Source of the DNA: Octopus sinensis
Taxonomy: Eukaryota
Direction of reading: 5' to 3'
Assembly: GCF_006345805.1 (NCBI RefSeq)
Contig: NC_042999.1
Location: 160,022,001-160,086,000, forward strand
Length of the DNA: 64,000 nt
Under the pieces are notes generated by a model. It made no database searches and was not told the origin of the DNA. It saw only the letters and a program-made list of their open reading frames with translations. Numbering within the stretch: the stretch's first letter is position 1; each line of letters starts with the position of its first letter. Made by a program: the position numbers and the translations under genes. This document shows positions 13,343 through 24,660 of the stretch, in pieces.

Positions 13343-13738
13343 AGGAGTGGCTGTGTGGTAAGTAGCTTGCTAACCAACCACATGGTTCTGGGTTCAGTCC
13401 CACTGCGTGGCATCTTGGGCAAGTGTCTTCTGCTATAGCCCCAGGCCGACCAATGCCTTGTGAGTGGATTTGGTAGACGGAAACTGAAAGAAGCCTGTCG
13501 TATATATGTATATGTGTGTGTGTGTATCTGTGTTTGTCCCCCTAGCATTGCTTGACAACCGATGCTGGTGTGTTTACATCCCCGTCACTTAGCGGTTCGG
13601 CAAAAAGAGACCGATAGAAAAAGTACTGGGCTTACAAAGAATAAGTCCGGGGTCGATTTGCTCGACTAAAGGCGGTGCTCCAGCATGGCCGCAGTCAAAT
13701 GACTGAAACAAGTAAAAGAGTAGAAGAGTAAAGAGAGA
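13343..13738 (+). mobile_element. SINE family A
   Basis: Full-length copy. Confidence 0.9.
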
Positions 13739-14580
13739 ATCACAAAAATGAGTTATTTTATTCAGTTAACACAATTCAACAGTAAAACCAAAACTTTCTA
13801 CAAAGGTCTATTTAGAGATTAATTCTTCTTAATATTAACGAAATTTCAATACCATAAAAGACACGGATCTGCAAACATTAATAAGCAGAAAATGATAATC
13901 AGCTGGATTTACATCTTTCAAACGAACTTTCAATTTTGCCAATGAATCAATTTACTAATATGTAAATGAGAATTTCATTTCAATGAGAACTTCACTCAAT
14001 TAGCCATTAGCTGCTCTGTAGATCAAGGTTGGAAACATACTATTAAACCTTTCCAGAAATGTTACACTGATTGTAACTAACGAGTCTAATTAATAAAAAA
14101 ATAAAATAAACAATAAAGAAAATAAACAAAGTGTAAAACAATTATATGAAAGTGCTGGCTAATAATCAGCAATACCAGCAGATGAAATAGTATAATAAGA
14201 TTGCCATCACTCCAAGAAATCTATTGTCTGACCAGCACAGTGTCAAGTCTAATTGTTACTATAACATTCAACAAAGCAGAGCACCAACATTACTAATTCA
14301 CTAGGAGCCAAAGAGTACTTAAAAGTCGGTAGATACTTTCAGGTTAATACTGAAGAACTTGAATGTTTTGTCAAATTAAATGCTCCCAAAACTGTATAAC
14401 AGATGATTGGATCATCATCTGAGCTCATGAAAAATGAACCATCATACTCATAATCTTTTTTAGCAGCTATTTTCTCATGTTGACGTGCAGTACAACATTC
14501 CTACATGGATCTATGAGCATGGATTTTTGGTACCATATTTCTGCTAAAATAACACTGCCTTTTCTTCAGTTAATTCTTAA

Positions 14581-14802
14581 CCCTTTCATTACTGTATTTA
14601 TTTTGAGATGCTCTGTGTTTCTTTCAATTAATTTAAAATATAACATAGAATTTTGTAAAATGAATTAGTTATCATTAAGCAAGTGTTAGGAACATAAATT
14701 GTGACTAAGGCTTGGTGGAATATCTTAATTCAAAACTTATGAAAAGAAGACATTTATACTACAGAGCCAGAGCCGGTTTTGGCCGGGTTAGTAACAAAAG
14801 GG
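14581..14802 (+). mobile_element. piggyBac-like MITE family 1
   Basis: TTAA|CCCTTT...AAAGGG|TTAA. Confidence 0.8.
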
Positions 14803-15044
14803 TTAAACCAATGAAGAATTCAGAAGAACTGTCATTTTTAAGTTTGTGTTTGGAACATAAATTAACAGGAAATTTTGATGGAAGATTTTAATTATGATCG
14901 TTTTAAAACTTGAAGTTTTCATCACAGAACCAGAGGTGGTATCAGGCAGATCTCATCTTAAGAGGAGACCAAGATTTCTTTGAATTACATCTCAAGTACC
15001 TTGCAGTTAGTTAGCTTCTTTCACATGTTCGTTCAATATGTAAT

Positions 15045-15430
15045 GGAGGCGCAATGGCCCAGTGGTTAGGGCAGTGGACTCGCGGTCATAGGAACGCGGT
15101 TTCGATTCCCAGACCGGGCGTTGTGAGTGTTTATTGAGCGAAAACACCTAAAAAAAAGCTCCACGAGGCTCCGGCAGGGGGTGGTGGTGATCCCTGCTGT
15201 ACTCTTTCACCACAACTTTCTCTCACTCTTACTTTCTGTTTCTGTTGTACCTGTATTTCAAAGGGCCAGCCTTGTCACTCTCTGTGTCACGCTGAATATC
15301 CCCGAGAACTACGTTAAGGGTACACGTGTCTGTGGAATGCTCAGCCACTTACACGTTAATTTCACGAGCAGGCTGTTCCGTTGATTTGGATCAACCGGAA
15401 CCCTCATCGTCGTAACCGACGGAGTGCTTC
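15045..15430 (+). mobile_element. Young tRNA-derived SINE family D
   Basis: tRNA-like head GGAGGCGCAATGGCCCAGTGGTTAGG...GGTTTCGATTCCC; CpG-rich; 11-bp TSD CAATATGTAAT. Confidence 0.9.
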
Positions 15431-15667
15431 CAATATGTAATATCCAATTTACAGTTTACAAAACAATAAGACTTACTTTCTAAATATTAATTAGTAAAAC
15501 TAACATACAATTTTCATGCCAAAAGTTATGTAAAAGATCATTAAGATTAGAAAAAAAAATATTTATTCTACATTGCATGCCCTTGATATAGGCAATTAAA
15601 AATCGGAAATAAAAGGGGTATTAGAATCAAAATGGAGTATGTCTGGGTCTCATGAAAATTTTTGATT

Positions 15668-16018
15668 ACTCTTTTACTCTTTTACTTGTTTCAGTCATTT
15701 GACTGCGGCCATGCTGGAGCACGACCTTTAGTCGAGCAAATCAACCCCGGGACTTATTCTTTGTAAGCCCAGTACTTATTCTATTGGTCTCTTTTGCCGA
15801 ACTGCTAAGTGACAGGGACGTAAACACACCAGCATCGGTTGTCAAGCAATGCTAGGGGGACATACACATACACTTATATATACATATATACGACAGGCTT
15901 CTTTCAGTTTCCGTCTACCAAATCCACTCACAAGGCATTGGTCGGCCCGGGGCTATAGCAGAAGACACTTGCCCAAGATGCCACGCAGTGGGACTGAACC
16001 CGGAACCATGTGGTTGAT
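15668..16018 (-). mobile_element. SINE family A (slightly 5'-truncated)
   Basis: Reverse complement of the family consensus. Confidence 0.9.
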
Positions 16019-17189
16019 TGTGTATATAATCTATATATAGCAGTAATATTAACATCCCAATTTTTTTTTATCATTCTCAAGATCAGCTCTAATGAACAAA
16101 AACAAAATTAAATATATATCCTGCAGATACAAGAAGTTAACGACTTCTTTCAAATCAAAATTTTATCTCTGCCATCTCTAATCTGCCAGTTCTCTATGGA
16201 TTACTTAATCGTACTATAAGGCAATGAAACTGGGAACAGTATCAGCTTACAACAGGGAAAATATTTAAGCAACTTCAGTGAAAATTATTTTGATTTACAA
16301 AGATATCAATCACTTGGGAGACAAATTTGATATTAGTCCTTCTGCAAGTGCAAAATATTTTAATGAAGCTGAACCTTCGTACAGAACATCTGAAAATGCT
16401 TATCAGATACTGCAAAACCATAGATTAGAGGATGAAATAACGACATCAGACATATGAAGTGGAGACCATTTGAAGAGCAAACTACAGGGAATAGATGCAT
16501 GTCAGAGAACCCTAGCTATGAGGTTAGCCGACAGGAAGTGATGAGAATTAAGATTATAAAAGCTAGTGTGTACAGATGATTTGTAACATATGGGTGAGAC
16601 TGAACTAGGAAAAACAGCCAACGAGGAAGGAAACAAAATATTCTCATCTAACAATATTGTCGAACAAGAACAAATAATTGTTGTTATATATAAAGAGTAT
16701 GCTGTTTCCTTGATATTCACTGTTTCTCCTTTAAATTGAAAAATCAAATTTTTTACCATGAAAAAAAGTTATAAATTGGTATTGATACAAGGTACTTATG
16801 GACCAGGCCATTAAAAGTTTTAATATAAATTTTTTTTCAAATATATAAAAAGCAAACATTTTAATGAATGAGATAACATGTGACTGCATTACTAATTAAA
16901 TCTTCTGTTCATTTTCTGGAAGGATATCACTTTAATTTAGTCTCATTAAATTGGCATTTGTTAATTGATATCTTAGTAGAAATTATAACAGGTGATGAAG
17001 AAATAAATTTCGCCTTTGATATAGAGAAGAAAAAGGAATAACGAAATAATAAATAGCCTTGAAAAAGTGTTCTATACTAAAATAGATGAAAACCAACAAC
17101 CATTTATTTCATGACTGGAATAACAAATGGAAAAACAGTCAGAGGAAACAGAATGAACTTATGTATCTTTATATTCTTTTATTTGCTCC

Positions 17190-17463
17190 ACTGCCTCTAG
17201 TCGAGCAAATCGACCCCAGGACGTATTCTTTGTAAGCCTAGTCCATATTCTATCAGTTCTTTTGGCGAACCACTAATTTACGTGGACGTAAACACATTAG
17301 CATAGGTTGTTAAGCGACGTTGGAGGGGGGGCTTCCACTCACAAGAGTTTGGTCGGCCTGAGGTTATAATAGAAGACACTTGCCCAGGTGCCATGCAGTG
17401 GGACTGAACCCAGAACCATGTGGCTGGTAAGCAAGCTACTTACCACACAGCCACTCCTGCGCC
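17190..17463 (-). mobile_element. SINE family A (internally deleted)
   Basis: Reverse-complement head ...CCACACAGCCACTCCTGCGCC. Confidence 0.85.
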
Positions 17464-18192
17464 TATATATATATATATATCAAAATTTAATTTTGATTTA
17501 AATTAATGTGTAACACACACACATTGTATCATAATGTAATTTTCTTAAATTTTTCGAAATATTAGAAAAAAAAAAAGAGAAACATAGTAAAATGAAAATT
17601 TCTGGTACTTGTTAAATGTGACAACTATAAGGATGTATGCATAAAGTTATACAAAGGGATAATCATATACATATACCAGTGTGCATTTGCAGCTGTGTGT
17701 GGCTTTATGAATATGAAACCCACTTATAAAAACTAGAAACAGAATACCACTAAATGTTTATTTGCAACACTATATCCACCAAGTTACTGTTACATTTCAA
17801 TCCAAAAGGATCCTGTAAGAATCTCTTCACATGACACAAAATAACAGTTTATACTTATCTACACAAAACATTATAGAATTTATTTGCTTGTATTTGTAAA
17901 GTACGTCATTCTCTTAATTCTAAACCATTTTATTGAGATGTTATCTGCAACATAGCTTGATGGAATACAAACACAACACAGATATAAAAAGACCAACTTT
18001 ACTATCACGACCATTTTAAAAGTTTAAATAAGCACCTGTACCTCAAAATACAGACAGCTCTCCAATAGACATACACTCACAGAATTTGAATGTTATAGAA
18101 ATATATACAATGTATGCAGACGAAATTTTCAGGTAATGCAAATCGACAGTAATAGCATGCAATAATCAACATAAATTATAAGGTAAACTTAC

Positions 18193-18735
18193 TTCATCAT
18201 TGTTGGAGCCTTTGAAATTGTGCATAGCTTTGACTCGTTTGGGATTCGAAGTCCCAGTGTTAATCCCCACATGGTCAGCCATTCTTCCGTTGGTAAAAGT
18301 ATGGTTGACACTTGGGGGTTTGGGTTCTTTTGAAGTTTGGATGAAATTGTTGCTTGTCTTGATATTAGTTCCGTCAGGTGTGTTCGGAGTCTGAGATGTA
18401 TCGGTAGTTGTTGAAGTAGCAGAAGAAGGGCCAACCAAACCGGCTTTGAGGGTCGTGTTGTACAAAGTGTTGGCAGTGACAAAGTTGACTGTAGATGATG
18501 ATAATGTTGGAATACTGGTTGTTGTAAACAGACTGTTGGTCGAGGATGACGAAGATAACGATGAAGATGACGATAATGAACTTGATTGAAGTTGGTGTTG
18601 GCTATTGTTGTTGCCAATGAAGCAAGGGTTTGTACAGGACTGGTCCTCTTCATCTGAAATATTGAGAGAAGCGATAAAGTCTTTGATTTCATTGACAATG
18701 TCTTCATAATCTTTAGCAAAATTGGAGGTTCCCAT
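18193..18735 (-). CDS. ARHGEF7: Coding exon of a PIX-family Rho guanine nucleotide exchange factor (ARHGEF6/7, Drosophila RtGEF/dPix-like): Ser/Thr-rich N-terminus plus start of SH3 domain; remaining exons not found in window
   Basis: ATG at 18735 with an upstream in-frame stop. The frame ends KRVKAMHNFKGSNNDE at a strong phase-0 donor GAA|GTAAGT (intron starts 18192). The motif resembles the PIX SH3 start (fly VVQAEYSFMGSNNDEL, human VVRAKFNFQQTNEDEL, recalled from memory). Confidence 0.75.
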
Positions 18736-18799
18736 CCTTAACTAGGGTTATTTGATATCACAGACGAACCTGCTAATTCACACATACACTGGAATTACT

Positions 18800-19950
18800 A
18801 ACTGTAATGAAAGACGTTCTCATATGAAATCGAATATTTTGCTACAGCAGAGGTAACTATTGTTTTTGTTTCCCTGAATATTCCTCGTCGTGTTGCTCAT
18901 GCCGAGAGTTATTCATTTTTGCAGTCCTGATATGTTCGATATTAACAATGATGAACCGAAATTAATATGAAAAGAGATGCAAGGATATTTAGAAGATGGC
19001 GGAGGGAAGAAGAGTAAAACTGATGGCTTAATCAGACTTAGTAAACAAGATAGTAAAAGAAAGCAGGCTTGAAAAGCCATCCGTATCGTCTAAGCCTCTC
19101 TGTGTATAATAGACATACTGCAGCAGTGAGACCTAAAAAAAAAAAAGTCTCTAGACACATGTAGCGACAAGAGAAGTTCTCATTACAACTAGAAGACAGC
19201 AGCAGCAGGAGCAGTAGACGCAAAAAAAAAACAAAACCGTCCAGGCTCCTCCCCCAACGTCACACTGAGGATGGAGTGGTACCTGTTGGTGGCAACCGAT
19301 AGTAGCAACAGTCGCATGAGAGATGCTGCTACCATTGGCGCTGCCTCCCGTTAAAGGCATGGCTGTTATTCGAGCAAGCACGCTCGCATACACACACACA
19401 CACACACGCACACCTGCTAGAAATTTTCAATTAACAAAATCTTTAAAAGTTAAAACAAAAACAAAGGACAAATTTATACAACACGATCGCAATAATTAGT
19501 GGATATCGCGAAGAGAACGATAAATCAAAGTCGAAAAAGAATGAGAGTCAATACCCTAAAGTTCTAATTTTTAAAAAAAAGAGGTTAATTTAGTTTTTTT
19601 TTTTCAATGTTACGATTAAACAGTCCAAAAAGTGGATTAATGGAATAAGTGGTGCGTCGACAAAGAAAAAAATATATAATTGACACAAGGTGAGTAACGG
19701 ACTGTTTTTATTGATATTTTACTGTCAACATCGTTGAATAGTATACAAACGGAATTATGATTTATATTTCTTATATGTTTATTAAGCATTTGTATTTGTG
19801 AAAGTTTTACTCTTTTCAACTGGCGCGTAATTTTAATTTGCATCGCTGGTAGCATGAACATTTAGAAAACCATTCTTATTTTATCGTGTCTCGGCGTCGC
19901 ATTTAGAATGCGCTATAGGAATCGACTCCAGTACTTGACTGGTAGTTTAT
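18800..19950 (-). promoter_or_regulatory. CpG-rich candidate internal promoter / 5'UTR region upstream of the PIX exon
   Basis: Many CpGs retained in non-repeat sequence (CGATCGC, TATCGCGA, GTGCGTCGAC, GGCGCG, CGGCGTCGC) against a CpG-poor background; (CA)n tract; acceptor-like TTTCTAGCAG|GTG at 19413. Confidence 0.45.
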
Positions 19951-20173
19951 TTCAGTGACACTAGAAGGAGTGAAGGGCACATTTGATTTCGGTAGAATTT
20001 GAATTAAGAACCTAATTAAATACTGCTGGATATTTTGCTCGACACTCTGCCAGTTCACTTCCTAAGTGAGTACTACAGCACAACCAGAGAGAATCGCTAC
20101 TTGTTGGCTCGACCGGTCAGAAAAGGCCTCACCTCACTCAATCCACACCATATCAGGGAATTGCATATTGAAT

Positions 20174-20219
<46 letters not shown>

Positions 20220-20957
20220 TTGCAGGAGAAAAAAGAAAACGGGATCACAAATGGAACATTGCTAGTATGGTACACGTCTGAGAACTTTTAGAACTAAAAG
20301 AGAAGATGAATGAATATTTAGATTATTCTTTGCAATGAGACAAAAGATATACAACTCAGCAAATATTAATGGATAATTTTTAAAGTTTTATTTCTAGAAA
20401 ATATTAACAATCAAAAATTTCTTTGCCTCTAATTCTTTTTAATTCTGTCACATCAAACCTCTAAGATTTGCTATCATCCTGGACTGCTCATATTAAAAAA
20501 AAATTTGACGGAACTTATACATTAACACACATTATATTTCAGAATATACTTTCTTCTCCAGGGCTATTTCATTTTATCAAATTTTTAAAACTATATCAAG
20601 CTTCACTGGTAAACAATGTGCAAAATAATATCATCTACACTTTGAACTCCATTGACTATTGAACAAAGTTTTTAAATGACCAGACATTTACACAGACTGC
20701 TACTTAGCCTCACTCAGGCCTACCCTGATCAAGCAGACAAAACTAAAGGCATTCCATCTCTTTTATGGATATGCAGGGATATATTTCCCAGTCTCTTTCC
20801 CTTATTTAAAACAGTATGGTGTGAGTAGAAAGTCTGGCTGCTTTTTCCAGCAGGTCGTGTGACAACTGAGGCCCTCTTGTCAGTTTGATTTATGTAGAAC
20901 TGAGAATGTCACCTTTCTACAATTACAGTGTTATAAATTTTGATAAATCTAACAATA

Positions 20958-21700
20958 TCAATTATAAAGAAAAGCTTTGAAAGAAATTATAGCAGAATAT
21001 TCCATTACACAGTAGTCAATGAAAATGCAAGTACCAAAGAATGATTTCCTTTGGTTAACCACCAGACCTGCATATGTGAAATGGGTGGATATTGATTGAA
21101 ATTCCAACCATTTCACATACTAGTAGCATAATCTTTATATATAAAAGTGAAGTTGTGTGTCTGTCTCCTACGATTTAGATTCCTAACTACTCCTACATTT
21201 TGCGGTGCAGTGTAACCGAAAGCGGGTATCTTATAGTAGTGATTCATATCGAGCCCTTCTGGGTATTAGCATGAGTCTACGATTTTTTAAAAAAATTTAC
21301 CATCATTTTTTCCCATTTTTTAATGCATTTTTTTTGCTATTATATAAGGGAAGTAACTCTCTAAAAATTTATTGTTTAATCTCAGAACGTAAAAAGCTAC
21401 AGTAACACCCACCTACCCCCCGTTGTGGTTAGCCGTATTGAGATGGCTATTATACTTTACATCTCTAAAAATGCTTATATAGTTATTTCCTTTACAAACC
21501 CAAGCAACGCCGGGCAATACTGCTAGTCAATTATAAAGAAAAGCTTTGAAAGAAATTATAGCAGAATATTCCATTACACAGAAGTCAATGAAAATGTAAG
21601 TACCAAAGAATGATTTCCTTTGGTTAACCACCAGACCTGCATATGTGAAATGGGTGGATATTGATTGAAATTCCAACCATTTCACATACTAGTGGCATAA
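20958..21700 (+). repeat. 174-bp direct duplication (20958-21131 / 21527-21700) flanking a Helitron
   Basis: Three mismatches between the copies by eye. Confidence 0.9.
21132..21526 (+). mobile_element. Non-autonomous Helitron
   Basis: 5' TC (TCTTTATATATAAAAG), 3' GCAACGCCGGGCAATACTGCTAG; preceded by A and followed by T. Confidence 0.85.
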
Positions 21701-23959
21701 TTATTAATATAAAAACACTTTGCAGATTTTGATTTTATAATAATCTTATATATATCACTGGTACTTAATTCAGCAATGAGATATTGCGAAGCAGAACTGA
21801 TTTTTATATAGAGAGGAGATGATTGCACTCAGTACTGTAAATCCAAAGAAAATGTAAGGTATCTATTTTACTTTAACTCCAAGGAGATGGAACAAGAAAC
21901 AATTTTTGGCCGTTTTTCAAGAACATTAGAATAAAAGGGAACTGAAACCTTTGAGCAAATTCAGTTCACTAAGATCTGGCTACCAAACCACAACACCAAG
22001 AGACCCCACTCAGTGGTTACTCAATATGCAACAGATAGCAACCAAATCTACCCCTAAAAATAAAGAACATGTCAAACGATGTTTGCCTTACATATATAGA
22101 CATAATGGTCACAACTTGAACTCTCATTATGTCTGCTCAATCAAAGCTGACCTAAGGCCAAACCTGTTATTCAATAAGCTGGGGTGACTTCTACATTTGA
22201 GGGGAATTTAGCTGCTATTTTTAGGAACCATATTCTCCTCGAATACCTTGTATATAGTAGTCCTGCATACTTTGTCTGAAAATAAGGCAGGATGGTCATG
22301 TATGGAAAGCTTTGGTCAGAGTCTAATCAGCGCTGACTTGGGAGCTAAACAACAACAGCCTGTTACTTAATTATCAACAAACTTGCTAAAATGTAATCAA
22401 AACAGTTTTAGAACAGGCGAAATGGGAATATTTGTGACACGACACCAATTAGTATCGAAGCCCAGTCACTGATTTGATTTACTGAAAACATACATCTACT
22501 GATCAAACGATAATGACATAATAATTTGTTTTGGTAAACACAAAACTTTTGTTAAATGCAAAAGACATATAAAATCAACTGAGTGGATCTCACTTTGTTG
22601 TTGCTACTTCAATAATTTTTCAGATCTATGGACCCTGACTAGAATTAGCATTTAGCACAGTTGAGTCATGCAAATGAAAAACTTAATCTTTGGGCACGCT
22701 TGGTATCTGCTAATTCTCTACAACATCCATCGTTAACTATAGTTGAGCCTTGTATATGTGAAACATATTTATTATTTTTCTTTTAATGTCAGAATGTATA
22801 AAGATGACATTACAAGTGAGAGGTGTCAACAGTCACAACAAAAAACTACAATATAGGGGATTGAAACACTGAACTGAACAACAAATCTTCACAGATTTTG
22901 AAGTGAAAATTTATAACAGAACAAACAAAAGTGCTAAGTTTATGGGTTATTATAATAATGAGTCAGCGGAAGTGTTTGAATGCTGGAATGAGTATTTAGT
23001 TCTTTACTTTTAAGCTAAACACTCCTCAGAGTTGACTTGTATTCATATTTCTCTGTCATGTATTTGCAATCAATTTGATCAACTGGTCACATTCTCTTCA
23101 AAACTGTATTCATATATAAAAAAATCATTTTTGTTATATAACAGTATAACAGTTCTTAAATTGTAATTTTTAGACACATTTTCAGATTTTTAAAAATGTA
23201 CGGAAGTATTGTATGACATTCAAGAGTATCTCAGATTATCCTATATTCTGACAATCCTAATCTGAACTACATATGGCTAAGTCACTTCTTAGAATTGCCG
23301 TCACTATTTATGTGGGTGTGTAGTGTGTATGGTTTGTAGAAATTGCTCACTATCAACAGAAGTACCAACTTTTTTGCAAAGTAGACTAAACACTTGCTTA
23401 ATAGTAACCAAAGTACAGAACAAAAAGAGTGACAGAGCAGGAGTGGAACTCACTTCACATATGCACAGATATTCTTAAACAGTAACGACACAATCTACTT
23501 AATCAGATAAAAAGCATTAACATAAATCCATGTTATTTCATGATGCAAATTTGCAGGTGCAAAACATTGTTTCAATGAATAAATTAAAATGAAACTAAAA
23601 CATCGACACACTTCCATATATAGGTCAGATTTACAGGGAAATAAAAAATACTGTACTGTGACTTTCGTGCCTTTTCTGGGTACTTTTGCAAGGATAAAAT
23701 TGTTTCACTCAGAAATAGAAATGACATACATCATTATTGATATTAAAAAGGCAAAAGTGTGTGTGAAGGGTTTGAAATCTTCATAGTATTTAATTTTGTA
23801 TAGTTTGTTTTGATTCAAATCCTGCTGCTACAAACTGTTATTTTTGTACAGTCTATAAAATAAGAACTAGTAATATACAGGAACAAATTCTATCAAGGAC
23901 ACCCCTCCCAGCAAAATTTGGCCTTGTACGTAAGTAAGAAATTCAATATGCAAAACCAT

Positions 23960-24210
23960 AAGTAAGAATTAGTGTCTAAAATCAAATAAAGATACCCACC
24001 CAAACATGATGGCCAACATAACCAGTGATACGCAATGGTGAACATAGGTAACAACTCATCCCAGTCAACCAAACAGGTTTTAATAGTGTCAGCACAATAT
24101 GAATTGTGATACAACTGCAACTGTTGTTAAAATTATTCTTCAGTGCACCCATACAAAAATATCTCAAAATTTGTCCCCAAAACCACATCTGGAAGCATGA
24201 AGCTGCAAGT
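23960..24210 (-). pseudogene. Decayed retroviral-type (Ty3/gypsy or Gin-like) integrase fragment
   Basis: FMLPD..GTNFE and DWDELLPMFTIAY resemble integrase core motifs; stops between them. Confidence 0.4.
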
Positions 24211-24629
24211 CATTTGGCCTACATTCAAACAAATGACTAATACGATATCCTATATAGTTTGAAAAAGAAGAAAAAAAAAACGACTAAAAACAATAAATAT
24301 CTAATTTCCAAGTCAAAACAAAAGATTTAATGTCCTGTTTACAGAAACATATCATACTCCCAGAAAATGTTCCATTTCCCCAATTACTACTTCTCAACAT
24401 AGATATGATGATCTGAGATTTATATCAATGGCATCTTATGCCAACTAATCCCAGAACAGCACCAGCCAACAGGACTAATAATCACTAACAAAATATGAAT
24501 ATTTTCTTAACTTCATTCATACTGCTAACATAAACAGCATCTGTTGGTCATACTAGTAGCATAATTATTAATATACAAACACTTAGCAGATTTCAGTTTT
24601 ATAATAATAATAATATCAGTAATTTATGC

Positions 24630-24660
<31 letters not shown>

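Noticed and set aside
15045-15125. Functional tRNA gene
   Set aside because: It is the tRNA-derived head of a SINE present three times with TSDs.
16140-16720. Coding-looking purine-rich stretch on +
   Set aside because: Short frames with several stops and no recognisable domain; cannot be assigned.
1-18192. Next PIX exon (expected L-x-F-x-x-G-D...WWEG)
   Set aside because: Searched by eye and not found; it probably lies beyond the window start, though a missed small exon cannot be excluded.
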